Assembly: GCA_051252135.1 (NCBI GenBank)
Contig: JBPOGH010000011.1
Coordinates: forward strand, 32,001-96,000
Direction of reading: 5' to 3'
Length of the DNA: 64,000 bases
Origin: Verrucomicrobiaceae bacterium
Lineage (GTDB): Bacteria; Verrucomicrobiota; Verrucomicrobiia; Verrucomicrobiales; Akkermansiaceae
The position numbers and the translations under genes are program-made. Shown here piece after piece: positions 42,552-52,261 of this stretch (positions within the stretch are counted from its first letter, which is position 1; the number at the start of each line of letters is the position of its first letter). The notes beneath the pieces are model-generated. The model was not told the origin of the DNA. It saw only the letters and a program-made list of their open reading frames with translations, and did not search any database.

Positions 42552-43187
42552 TCAGTCATTCTTCGGGGCAATTTCGGCGTACCGATCATACCAGAGGAAT
42601 TTAAATGGAGTTTCGTTCTTATCTAAGAGGGGGAATTTTTGAGTCCGCTCGACACTGCCGAGATCCTTGCGCCACCAACCGGCCTTAAGCTTATCGGAAA
42701 AGAAACCAACCAACTCGCCATTGTAGTGGACTTCCCCACCAACAGCTTCGAGATCATTGTCTCCCGCCGAATCTTTTCCGGTGATCCGCTTGAGTGCATT
42801 GGGCGAAAGATAAACGGAACTAACAACCTGTTCTCCAACTGGAATATTCACATGCTGAATGGACTTCTCCATCAGGTAGGTTTTGCGATCCTGCCCTTTC
42901 ACCACGATCCACCACTTGACCGTCACGTTGTCGAGATATTCATCCTGAGGCTCGGGCTTGACCTTGGTCACCTTCATCTGCACCTCAATTTCCAGCCAAT
43001 CCTTGGGCCGAAATTTCTTATTCACACCACCCGCTGAAATATCGGGCGATGGCAGCTCAACATACTTGGGCCCATCAACATCAATCTTGTTGGTTTTGCT
43101 CGGAGTCGGCATTTCATCTTGAGCAGATGCAGCACCGATGGTGAGCGTGGCACAGGCGAGAGTTTTAATTAATTTTCCAATCTTCAT
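42552..43187 (-). CDS. Amuc_1102-family secreted pilus-like system protein
   Basis: Signal peptide, KKFRPKDWLEIE, SVYLSP and LLDKNETPF..LWYDRYAE. First gene of the cluster. Confidence 0.78.
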   Translation of the reverse strand: MKIGKLIKTLACATLTIGAASAQDEMPTPSKTNKIDVDGPKYVELPSPDISAGGVNKKFRPKDWLEIEVQMKVTKVKPEPQDEYLDNVTVKWWIVVKGQDRKTYLMEKSIQHVNIPVGEQVVSSVYLSPNALKRITGKDSAGDNDLEAVGGEVHYNGELVGFFSDKLKAGWWRKDLGSVERTQKFPLLDKNETPFKFLWYDRYAEIAPKND

Positions 43188-43343
43188 GTCGGATCAAATA
43201 GGATTTCTAGGACGCTAGGAAGCTGGGCACGAGACGGCTAGCAAAAAGCTGAGAATCGGTGATATTTTTCGCAATTGACACCGTAAGTCGATTCTGAACG
43301 AAGCCCGTTTGACAGAGACGATCCAGCAGGCCAATCTCCCGAC

Positions 43344-44009
43344 GTGCGCAAGACTCCGTTGAATCAAGAAGTCCCCCCACTGGACAAACCGCTTGTCGTA
43401 GGGGCACTGGCTGGCCGGAACAGCATCTCCAATCCCATTACGGACTGCGATATAATCGAGCTCCGGCTCGATTCTCTAGGCTCTGACTCCGCGATCATCG
43501 ATTTCGCGGCCAACTCCCCACTCCCACTTCTCGTAACCGCACGGGGTCCCGAAGAAGGAGGTCAAAATAACATGTCGATCCAAGAGCGAATCGACGCCTA
43601 CCTCGCCCTTCTCCCTTTCGCCTTTGCGATCGACATCGAACTTTCCTGTTTCGATTCACTCTCATCGGTGATTAGCGCTGCCAAATCCCAAAAGACCATA
43701 CTCGTCGGCTCGTTTCACGATTTCGAAAAAACGCCATCTCTTGATAGTCTCACATCATTGATTGGTCAGATCGCCGACATTCATAAATTCGCCACCATGG
43801 TCAACGAGCCTTGCGACCTCAATATCCACCGCAATCTCCTTAAACTCCCCACCCCCCTTTCAGTCATGGGAATGGGACCCCTCGGAGCCGAAGCCCGCCC
43901 CGAAATGATGCAACTCGGCTCCATCCTTAACTACGGATACCTGGGCGACACCCCCACCGCGCCCAATCAATGGCCCACCTCCAAGCTCATGGAGCTTTCC
44001 GGTCGCTAG
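43344..44009 (+). CDS. aroD: Type I 3-dehydroquinate dehydratase
   Basis: DIIELRLD, TARGPEEGG, IDIEL, SFHDFEKTP (His), HKFA (Schiff-base Lys), MGMGPLG and APNQ. Exact start uncertain. Confidence 0.9.
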   Translation: MRKTPLNQEVPPLDKPLVVGALAGRNSISNPITDCDIIELRLDSLGSDSAIIDFAANSPLPLLVTARGPEEGGQNNMSIQERIDAYLALLPFAFAIDIELSCFDSLSSVISAAKSQKTILVGSFHDFEKTPSLDSLTSLIGQIADIHKFATMVNEPCDLNIHRNLLKLPTPLSVMGMGPLGAEARPEMMQLGSILNYGYLGDTPTAPNQWPTSKLMELSGR

Positions 44010-45988
44010 TCGACAATTTTCACCGGTGCGTTTGGGAGCGCGGCCAGAAAACTCTTCCCATATCGCTTGGTCACCACTCGGTTGTCCAGAATGACAACCA
44101 TCCCCTTGTCTTTCTTTGATCGGATTAGCCGCCCCACTCCTTGCCTTAATTTGATTACCGCCTCGGGAACCGAATATTCCATAAAGGAGTTTCCGCCCTC
44201 CGCTTCGATTTCCTCAAGCCTCGCCGCCGTCAAGGGATGATCAGGCACCGCGAAAGGAATACGCGTAACGATCACATTACTCAACGCTTCCCCGGGCACA
44301 TCCACTCCCGCCCAAAAACTATCCGTTCCAAAGAGCACGCTGTTCACATCCTCCCGAAATCTCTCCACCATTTTCTGCCGCGGCATCCCCATTCCCTGCG
44401 CCAAAAGTGTCCATCCGTGATCGTCGAAAAAGTCTTCCATTTCCTCCGCCACCGACCTCAACAACCGGTGGCTCGTAAAGAGCACAAACGCTTTTCCTTC
44501 CGTCTTAATCAACACCCGCTCGATCCAATGAATCAACATTTTCTCGTAGTCCTCATCTCTGGGATCCGGCATCGATTTAATGACGTAGATCGCCATCTGC
44601 TTTTGATAATCAAACGGACTCCCGATCTTCACCGCCGGCACATGCTCCGCCCCCACTCTCTCCCGAAAATACTTCAGCTGATCATCTCCCGTTCCAAGCG
44701 TCGCACTCGTCGCGATGCACGATTTATCAGGACCAAAAAGTATCGGCCTCAACCGATGAGCCACATTCACCGGTGCCGCATTGAGACTCAGTGACGTCCC
44801 CTCGTTCCCTCCTTTCTCCACCCAATAAACACTGTCCTCATCCTCTTGATCCAGAAACACCTTCAGTCCTCCGTGCAACTCCCGCAAACGCCGGGCCCCA
44901 TCCATCAATTCGGCACGCTTGGTCTCATCCTCCAACCCATCGGCTGCACCCTCGATAGCGCTCCAGCAATCTCGCAAGGGCTCCGCCAAAGTATTCTCAA
45001 CCAACTCCGGCTCCCGCACCCGACACTCCCGCGACCAATCTTTGAAGGTCACCTCCCCCCCTATCGCGTCAAAGAAACCATCCGCCTCCTCAAGCACCCG
45101 CCTGGCCGCATGCATCGCATCAGTCGCCCCGGCATATTTAAGCAACCCCTTCCCGGTCTTGGGATGATACAGCCGCTGCAAATCAAATCTCAAACTCGCC
45201 TGACTCACCCGCAGTCCCAGCGCCTTTGCCGCCACACTTTCCAAAGTATGCGCCTCATCGAAAACGACGAAATCATTCGGCACCAAAAAACCCTTCTCGG
45301 TCTCACGCCATTCCTCATCCGGATTCAGCAGCGAAAAAAACAAGCTGTGATTCACCACCAGCACCGTCGCATTCGCCGCCCGCTTCCGCGCCTCTTGAAA
45401 AAAACAATTCCCGCGCGGCGCACACATTTTCTGCGTACATATATGCGCCTCACTGCACACCTGCAGCCACACCTTCATCGACGGATCAAAATCCAGATCG
45501 CTCTTCGTCCCATCCCTCGTCGCCTCCGCCCACTTCCAGATTGCCATCAGCTCCTCACGCTCACTCGTCGTGAAAAGATCGCCCCCGTTATCCATCGCCC
45601 GCCTCAACCGAAGCGGACACACATAATTCCCCCTCCCCTTCAACAAGGCCGCCTCAAAATCAGACGCCAACAGCTTACGCACAATCGGCAAATCCTTCCC
45701 CATCAACTGCTCCTGCAAGTTGATCGTGTGTGTCGAAATCACCGCCTTCTTTCCCTCCCGGATCGCAAATTCCACCGCCGGAATCAAATACGCCAGGGAC
45801 TTCCCCACTCCCGTCCCCGCCTCAATCACCAACGATCGCTCACCCGCTAACGCATCAGCCACCTCACCCGCCATCTGCTGCTGCTCCGCCCGATACTCAA
45901 AGTCCGGAGATTTCGACAACAATCCCGACTCAGAGAACACCGCTCTCATCTCATCTCCAAATTCTCCTCCACCTCCGAGCGAAATCAC
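44006..45988 (-). CDS. DinG/YoaA-family Fe-S ATP-dependent DNA helicase
   Basis: EAGTGVGKS, KGRGNYVC, Cys cluster, DEAH, FWAGVDVPG and QGVGRLIR. Confidence 0.95.
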   Translation of the reverse strand: MISLGGGGEFGDEMRAVFSESGLLSKSPDFEYRAEQQQMAGEVADALAGERSLVIEAGTGVGKSLAYLIPAVEFAIREGKKAVISTHTINLQEQLMGKDLPIVRKLLASDFEAALLKGRGNYVCPLRLRRAMDNGGDLFTTSEREELMAIWKWAEATRDGTKSDLDFDPSMKVWLQVCSEAHICTQKMCAPRGNCFFQEARKRAANATVLVVNHSLFFSLLNPDEEWRETEKGFLVPNDFVVFDEAHTLESVAAKALGLRVSQASLRFDLQRLYHPKTGKGLLKYAGATDAMHAARRVLEEADGFFDAIGGEVTFKDWSRECRVREPELVENTLAEPLRDCWSAIEGAADGLEDETKRAELMDGARRLRELHGGLKVFLDQEDEDSVYWVEKGGNEGTSLSLNAAPVNVAHRLRPILFGPDKSCIATSATLGTGDDQLKYFRERVGAEHVPAVKIGSPFDYQKQMAIYVIKSMPDPRDEDYEKMLIHWIERVLIKTEGKAFVLFTSHRLLRSVAEEMEDFFDDHGWTLLAQGMGMPRQKMVERFREDVNSVLFGTDSFWAGVDVPGEALSNVIVTRIPFAVPDHPLTAARLEEIEAEGGNSFMEYSVPEAVIKLRQGVGRLIRSKKDKGMVVILDNRVVTKRYGKSFLAALPNAPVKIVD

Positions 45989-46036
45989 CCCCTCCTTTAG
46001 CCTCCCCCACCACCCATTTCAATCGCCATTGCTCAA

Positions 46037-46075
46037 TGCTGATTTTCCAACATTTATATTGCAGCTTTTTTAGCA
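46037..46075. promoter_or_regulatory. Candidate tandem operator for the BlaI-family repressor
   Basis: Two imperfect TGCT-N8-AGCA palindromes (46037-46052 and 46060-46075) in an AT-rich patch just upstream of the repressor gene. Confidence 0.5.
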
Positions 46076-46092
46076 TATCGTATCATCCCCAC

Positions 46093-46461
46093 ATGAATCG
46101 TTTGGAAAAGGGACACCTCTCACGGCGCGAGCGCCAAATCATGGACATCCTCTACCGTCTTGGCGAGGCCACCGCACAAGATGTCCTCGAGGAACTTCCC
46201 GATCCCCCATCCTACTCCGCCGTCCGCGCCCTCCTCGCCACCCTCGAAAATAAGGAAATGGTAAAACATTCCAAAGAAGGGCGACGCTACCTCTATGCAC
46301 CCGTGATCAACCAGCGCAAAGCCAAGCGAACCGCCCTCAAAGGTCTCCTCAACACCTTCTTCCAGGGAAAACCGCAAAACCTCGTCGCCGCCCTCCTCGA
46401 CCCCTCCGATCAAGAACTCACCCGCGAGCAAATCGAAGAAATCCGCAAGCTCATCGACTAG
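46093..46461 (+). CDS. BlaI/MecI/CopY-family transcriptional repressor
   Basis: LSRRERQIMDILY, SYSAVRALLATLENK, GRRYLYAP and LLNTFFQG. ATG 46093 lies within the longer track ORF. Confidence 0.93.
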   Translation: MNRLEKGHLSRRERQIMDILYRLGEATAQDVLEELPDPPSYSAVRALLATLENKEMVKHSKEGRRYLYAPVINQRKAKRTALKGLLNTFFQGKPQNLVAALLDPSDQELTREQIEEIRKLID

Positions 46462-46467
46462 CGTCCA

Positions 46468-47388
46468 ATGTTCCTCCCCTCCGTCATCTTCTCCCTTTGT
46501 GTCTCCGCCGCCCTCTGGCTTCTCATCCGGCGGCACCCCGCCCGCGACCCCAGGCTCCTTGGAGTCGCCATGACCCTCCTCGTCCTCCTCCCCCTTCTCC
46601 ACTTCGCCCCAAAATTCTCCATCGCCGTCTCCGCCACCCCCACCGGTCCACCCTCAACCTCCTGGCTCCTCACCCTGTGGTTTACCGGACTCCTCTTCTT
46701 CGGCGTACGAATGTTTTCCGACTTCCTCGCCCTCGCCCGCTGGAAAAGACGATCCCTCCCCTGCCAACTCGATACCGCCATCTCAAAAATCCACCACCAA
46801 CTCGGATTCAACCAAAAGGTCAACCTGCGCCTCCACCCCGACCTCGCCTCCCCCGTCGTCGCCGGCCTCTTCTCCCCCACCATCTACCTCCCCCTCTCCT
46901 GCCATCAATGGTCACAAAAAACCCTTCACATGGCCCTCCTTCACGAGTGCTCACACCTCCAACGCCGTGACCTCTGGCTTGCCTCCCTGGCCTCCTTCGC
47001 CTGCCTCCTCCACTGGTTTAACCCCGCCGTCTGGTGGATGCGGCGCGTCCTCCTGACCCAGTGCGAGTATGCTTGCGACGCACACCTCCTCTCCCACGGC
47101 GCCGACCCCGCCACCTACGCCCACGCCCTTTGCGATGTCGCCCAATCCTCGGACCACCCCCGCCTCGCCCTCGCCATGGCCGGCCACGTCCCCCTCCGCC
47201 AGCGCATTCAAAACATCACCTCCCCGGAGCAACACCGCTCCCTCATTATCCTCGCCTTCCTCCTCATCACTTCTGCTTCCGCCATCGCCATGAGCCTCAT
47301 CCGCCTCACCCCGGAAGCCCTCCCCTCCTACCCCGCCTCCGAGATCGAACTCCGTTTCTCAGCCTCCCCATTCCCCGGCGACGAATAG
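46468..47388 (+). CDS. M56-family (BlaR1-like) membrane metallopeptidase
   Basis: TM helices, SPVVAGL, LLHECSH (HExxH), HWFNPAVWW and EYACD. 6 bp after the BlaI gene. Confidence 0.92.
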   Translation: MFLPSVIFSLCVSAALWLLIRRHPARDPRLLGVAMTLLVLLPLLHFAPKFSIAVSATPTGPPSTSWLLTLWFTGLLFFGVRMFSDFLALARWKRRSLPCQLDTAISKIHHQLGFNQKVNLRLHPDLASPVVAGLFSPTIYLPLSCHQWSQKTLHMALLHECSHLQRRDLWLASLASFACLLHWFNPAVWWMRRVLLTQCEYACDAHLLSHGADPATYAHALCDVAQSSDHPRLALAMAGHVPLRQRIQNITSPEQHRSLIILAFLLITSASAIAMSLIRLTPEALPSYPASEIELRFSASPFPGDE

Positions 47389-47401
47389 GATAAAAGACAA
47401 C

Positions 47402-48826
47402 CTACTCCGGCTCTCCCTCCGGAACATACTTGTCGTAAATCTGCGCCGACTGGCTCGACCAAAAAGGCGAAGACCCCCACAGCGGAACCGTTGCCAGGGA
47501 ACTCTCCCATTCCCCCAATTTACGAAACAACTCCTCTAACGTTTCACGCTCCTTTACCGCCAGGTCATCCTGCTCGCCCGCATCTTCCCCTGGCGCAAAC
47601 AACTGCGCCGGACGATGCGACAGGTTGATCAACTTCCGCTCCCCGGCTAGCACCGCCGACTGCCCTTGCAGACGCCAAAACAATGTTCGCTCCCCCGCGG
47701 CTTGTTCCCCCTTGAGCACCGGCAACAAGTTCATCCCGTCATAAGCCCCGTAGAGCTTCTCTGACCGCCTCCGGTTCTTTTTGTCTTCATAGGATGGCGC
47801 AACTTTCAACGGCAACAACTCCCCTTCACCCGCCGCCAAAAAGGTCGGCAACAAATCCAGCGCCGACACCACCCCCTCATAACGCTTCCCTTTCGGCAAA
47901 ACCTTCGGCCACGAAATCAAGAACGGCACCCGCACACCCCCTTCCCGCAAGCTCCCTTTCCGGCCCGATAACTCCCCGTTCCACGACCCGTTGTTTGTCG
48001 CCCCGCCATTGTCCGAAAAGAACACAATCAACGTATTCTCCAACTCCCCCTTCTCGCGCAAAAAATTGATCATCCGACCCACCCCGCGATCCAACGCATG
48101 CATCATCGCCGCATAAGTTCTCCGCTTCGGATTTTTCACATGCGCATACACCGCCAAGTCTTCCTCTGTCGCATGCATCGGCGTGTGGGGCGCATTATAC
48201 GACAGAAACATAAAAAACGGTTCCTCTCCCTCCCTCTCTTCGATCCACCGAATCCCCTCGTCCGTGAAAAAATCCGTCACGTAATCCGATGAAAACTTCG
48301 TCACCGGCTTCCCGTTCCGCTCCAGCTGGTTCTTCCCCTCATTCAAAAAGTAACTGTGGGACCCGCTCAACATCCCCATGAAATAATCAAAGCCTCTCAC
48401 ATTCGGATGAAACTCCGCACTCATCCCCTGATGCCACTTCCCGATCAATGCCGTCTCATAACCCGCCGCCTTCAAATGATCCCCCATCGTATGCTCCGTC
48501 GGCGGCAACCCCAGCAGCCCCGGCTTCGTCGCGTAATTGTCAGGGCCCTGATTCAAATTCCCCTCATAACCAAACCGCCTCGGATCACGCCCCGTCAAAA
48601 TCCCGGCCCGCGATGGCGAACAAACCGACGACGGCACATACCCCTGCGTGCACAACACCCCGTTCTCCGCCAGCGAATCAAGATGCGGCGTCTTGATCAC
48701 CGTCGATCCGGTAACACCCAAATCCCCATACCCCATATCATCCGCCAGAATCATCAAAATATTCGGCCGCTCCGCCTGAGCCACCGACACCATTCCCCCG
48801 ACAACCAACATCCAAAGTTTACCCAT
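47402..48826 (-). CDS. Formylglycine-dependent sulfatase (S1)
   Basis: RPNILMILADDMG, CSPSRAGILTG, GKWH and SDNGG. Has a signal peptide. Confidence 0.96.
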   Translation of the reverse strand: MGKLWMLVVGGMVSVAQAERPNILMILADDMGYGDLGVTGSTVIKTPHLDSLAENGVLCTQGYVPSSVCSPSRAGILTGRDPRRFGYEGNLNQGPDNYATKPGLLGLPPTEHTMGDHLKAAGYETALIGKWHQGMSAEFHPNVRGFDYFMGMLSGSHSYFLNEGKNQLERNGKPVTKFSSDYVTDFFTDEGIRWIEEREGEEPFFMFLSYNAPHTPMHATEEDLAVYAHVKNPKRRTYAAMMHALDRGVGRMINFLREKGELENTLIVFFSDNGGATNNGSWNGELSGRKGSLREGGVRVPFLISWPKVLPKGKRYEGVVSALDLLPTFLAAGEGELLPLKVAPSYEDKKNRRRSEKLYGAYDGMNLLPVLKGEQAAGERTLFWRLQGQSAVLAGERKLINLSHRPAQLFAPGEDAGEQDDLAVKERETLEELFRKLGEWESSLATVPLWGSSPFWSSQSAQIYDKYVPEGEPE

Positions 48827-48879
48827 ACCCCAGTGGAGCGAGTCACCCCGCTCGGGTCACGTCCAAAACCCGGCCTTCT

Positions 48880-50859
48880 TCAGTTCCCCTCCCCCAGCGC
48901 CCGCTGAAAAAACTCAATCCGCTTCCGCCTCAAATAAGGCGATTCCCCAATCCCGTGCCCCCCATTGGGCACCTGATAAAACTCAAAGTCCTTATCGGCC
49001 TGAATCAGAGCATCCACCACCTGCAACGTCGAACTCGGATCCACATTTGTATCCACCTCGCCCACCGACAAAAACAACTCCCCCTTGAGCAATCCCACAT
49101 GCTCCGTATTCGAGTTCGCCGCATACTCCTCTCCCACCGGCCAATCCATCCACTGCTCGTTCCACCAAATCTTATCCATCCGGTTGTCATGACATCCGCA
49201 ATCCGCTGCTCCCGCCTGATAAAAGTCTCCATGCCAAAGAAGCCCTGCCAGTGTGCTCTGCCCTCCCGCCGAACCACCATAAAGTCCCACTCGATCCAAA
49301 TCCATCCACGGCCGACTTTCCGCCGCCTCCCGGATCCACTTGATCCGATCCGGAAAGCCCGAGTCCTTGAGATTCTTGTAGGCATACTGCTGAAACTCCT
49401 TCCCCCGATAATTCGTCCCCCGACCATCCATCTTCACCACCACAAATCCCGACGCCGTCATCTCCGAAATATGCCCGTGCCAACTCCGCCAACTCTTCGG
49501 CACAAAGGCTCCATGCGGCCCCGCATAAATATTCTCAATCACGGGATACTTCTTCGCCGGATCAAAATCCACCGGCTTCCAGATCAGCCCCCAAATCTCG
49601 TATTTCCCTTCCCGGTCCTTCGCCACAAACCTCTCCGGCATCACCACTCCCTCCCCCTTCGCTTCAGCCAATTTCGCCACCAAAACACCATCGCTCTTCC
49701 GCCTCAGCTCATGCACCGGCGGCGCGTCGGCACGCGACCACTTCGCCACGTAAAAATCCAAATTCGGCGACCACTCCACCTCATGCGTCCCGTCCCCCTC
49801 CGTCAGCATCGTCATCGCTCCCGTCCTCCAGTTCACCTTCGCCCAATGCAAGTGATACGGATCCTGTCCCTCATAATACCCGCTCAGCGAAAAAATCACC
49901 TCCTCTCCGTTCGCCTGCTGCACACCCCGCACCACCCACTTCCCCCTCGTCACCTGCCTCCGCTCCCCGCTCTCTTCATCCACCACATACAAATGACTCC
50001 ACCCATCCTTCTCCGATCTCCAGAGTAACTTCCCTCCGCCCAAATCCCACCACCCGCATTTGTCAAAGACATGCACAAACTTCTCATCCTCCTCCGCAGC
50101 CACCACCCGCGACTTCCCCGTTTCCGCATTCAGCTCAATCAAGCGAAACTTCCCAAACCCCCGCTCAATAAACTCCAACCTCAACCGTCCCTCATCACGC
50201 CAATGAACCGCTGAGATCGAAAACGGATTCGCAATCAACCCCTCCTCCACCTCCACTTTCTTCCCATCCAAGTCAAAAACCACCGGCACCTTCGTCCGCA
50301 ACTCATCCCCCGCCTTCGGATACGTCCGCGTAAAGCTCTCCGGCTGAAGCCCATCCTTTGGAGACGACCGCACATAGTCCACCTGCCTCTCCTTGATATC
50401 CCACACCCGAGTCACTTGAAAAAATCGCGAATCCGGTGACCAGTGAACCCTCGACTCCCACACCCACCCGGTCGGCACCTCCGCCTTCCATTCACCCAAC
50501 TCCACCGTCTTCCCCTCTATCACCCCCACCCGATGCTTCCCGTCGGGCGATTCATTCCCCGCCTTACTCTGAAAATTCCGCATCGTCTTCAGCTTGCGTG
50601 ACTTCTTCCCCGCCCCCTCCCCAACCTCACTCCGCGCTCCATCCGCACAAGACACCTCGTAATCTCCTGTCGAATCCTTCACCCGGCAAAACCAAACGCC
50701 ATCGCGCTCCACCCACGAAACACCAATCCGCTCATCCTTCACCAGCTTCCTCTGCTCTTCAGCCAACCTCTGAAACCCTGCCATCATCCCCTTCGTGGAC
50801 CCATGCTCCCCCCGTGCCATCCACACAGCACCCATCACAAAAAAACAAACCAAACGCAT
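48880..50859 (-). CDS. S9-family dipeptidyl-peptidase IV-like serine peptidase
   Basis: Beta-propeller, KYPVIENIYAGP, GGSAGG nucleophile, DTNVD and GGH. Confidence 0.92.
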   Translation of the reverse strand: MRLVCFFVMGAVWMARGEHGSTKGMMAGFQRLAEEQRKLVKDERIGVSWVERDGVWFCRVKDSTGDYEVSCADGARSEVGEGAGKKSRKLKTMRNFQSKAGNESPDGKHRVGVIEGKTVELGEWKAEVPTGWVWESRVHWSPDSRFFQVTRVWDIKERQVDYVRSSPKDGLQPESFTRTYPKAGDELRTKVPVVFDLDGKKVEVEEGLIANPFSISAVHWRDEGRLRLEFIERGFGKFRLIELNAETGKSRVVAAEEDEKFVHVFDKCGWWDLGGGKLLWRSEKDGWSHLYVVDEESGERRQVTRGKWVVRGVQQANGEEVIFSLSGYYEGQDPYHLHWAKVNWRTGAMTMLTEGDGTHEVEWSPNLDFYVAKWSRADAPPVHELRRKSDGVLVAKLAEAKGEGVVMPERFVAKDREGKYEIWGLIWKPVDFDPAKKYPVIENIYAGPHGAFVPKSWRSWHGHISEMTASGFVVVKMDGRGTNYRGKEFQQYAYKNLKDSGFPDRIKWIREAAESRPWMDLDRVGLYGGSAGGQSTLAGLLWHGDFYQAGAADCGCHDNRMDKIWWNEQWMDWPVGEEYAANSNTEHVGLLKGELFLSVGEVDTNVDPSSTLQVVDALIQADKDFEFYQVPNGGHGIGESPYLRRKRIEFFQRALGEGN

Positions 50860-50896
50860 CCCTCCCCCTACTTCCCCCCACCCCCTAAAATTTCAC

Positions 50897-52261
50897 TCAA
50901 CCGTCACCCCAATCACTCCCGCCCTTCGCTCTCGCACGAATCCACCCAAACACCGCTTCCGCACTCTCCACCTTCATCGCCCCCTCCCCAATCACCACTG
51001 GCTGCTCGTCTTCCACCACCTCGTCCCGGCCATGCGATCCCTTCACCAGCGTCGCATCCAGCGGAATCACATCCATCAGCCCACGAAAGCCCAACTTCTT
51101 CTTCACCAAAAATCCCCCGATCTTCGCGATCGGGAATTTTATCTCCGGATTCAAAAACAACTCCACCGGATCATATCCCGGCTTCCGGTGAATATCGATG
51201 CACCGCGCATAATCCGGAGCCTTCGCATCATCCTCCCAAAAGTAATAGGTAAACCACGCCTCTTCCTCCGACACCGCCACAAAGTCACCTCCCCGCTCAC
51301 GCCCCACTCCCTCGCCCCAAAGCACTTCTCCCTCCCGAATCTCTTCCACGCCCTCTACTGCGTTCACCACTTCCCGCACCTCATCCGCAATCGTCGGGTC
51401 GTTCACATAAACATGTGCCACCTGATGGTCCGCCACCGCAAAAGCACGACACCCGCCGCAGTCCAGCGTCTCCAGACCCAGCTCATCCTTCACCTGAATC
51501 CACCCCTTCTCCCGGAAAATTCGATTCAAATGAATCGGCTTCGTCACTTTCGAAATCCCATACTCCGACAACACCAGCACCTCCACCCCGCGTCCTTCCA
51601 AAAACTCCACCAAATCACGCGTCACTTCATCAATCGCCGCATACTCCGCCGCCATCTCCGGTGCTCCCGGACCATATTTTTGCAACCCGTAATCCAGGTG
51701 CGGCAGGTAAACCAGATTGAGCTCCGGCTCTTCCTTCTTTTCTATCCACTTCGCACTCTCCGCAATCCACCGCGACGACCCAATCCCCGCCCTCGGACCC
51801 CAAAATGCCGGAAATGGAAACGCCCCCAAATCTCCCTTGATCTCCTCCCGCATCCCCATCGGCTGCGTGTGGATATCGAAAAACTTCCGCCCGTCCGCCG
51901 GATACAGGGGCCGCGGCGTCGCTGAAAAGTCGGCACTGGAATACATATTGTACCACCAGAACATCTTCGCACATCTCCCCCCCATTCCCTCCCAGACCTT
52001 CTCCCCCTTCACCAGGTGATTGCTCTGCTTCCAAAATTTCACTTCCGCCGCCTCCCGGTCATACCACCCGTTCCCCACAATCCCATGCTCACCCACCGGC
52101 TTCCCGGTCAGATAGGAACTCTGCGCCGTGCACGTCACCGCCGGAAAGGCCGGCTTGAAATTCTTCACCTCACGCTTCTCCGACCACTCACGCAGCCATG
52201 GCATCTCACGAAGCACTCCCTTCGTCAGCCCCACCACATTGAGAACAGCGACCCGCTTCAT
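50897..52261 (-). CDS. EboF-like alkaline phosphatase/nucleotide pyrophosphatase family protein
   Basis: LNVVGL, PAVTCTAQS, HGIVGNGWY, YLPHLDY, SEYG, DIHRKPGYDPVELF and KGSHG. Confidence 0.88.
   Translation of the reverse strand: MKRVAVLNVVGLTKGVLREMPWLREWSEKREVKNFKPAFPAVTCTAQSSYLTGKPVGEHGIVGNGWYDREAAEVKFWKQSNHLVKGEKVWEGMGGRCAKMFWWYNMYSSADFSATPRPLYPADGRKFFDIHTQPMGMREEIKGDLGAFPFPAFWGPRAGIGSSRWIAESAKWIEKKEEPELNLVYLPHLDYGLQKYGPGAPEMAAEYAAIDEVTRDLVEFLEGRGVEVLVLSEYGISKVTKPIHLNRIFREKGWIQVKDELGLETLDCGGCRAFAVADHQVAHVYVNDPTIADEVREVVNAVEGVEEIREGEVLWGEGVGRERGGDFVAVSEEEAWFTYYFWEDDAKAPDYARCIDIHRKPGYDPVELFLNPEIKFPIAKIGGFLVKKKLGFRGLMDVIPLDATLVKGSHGRDEVVEDEQPVVIGEGAMKVESAEAVFGWIRARAKGGSDWGDG

Noticed and set aside
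44006..44009. aroD and DinG stops overlapping in CTAG
   Set aside because: A common convergent stop overlap with no evidence of special function.
45730..46092. 121-aa Pro-rich N-terminal extension on the BlaI ORF
   Set aside because: It overlaps the DinG gene and the AT-rich promoter. The BlaI fold begins at ATG 46093.
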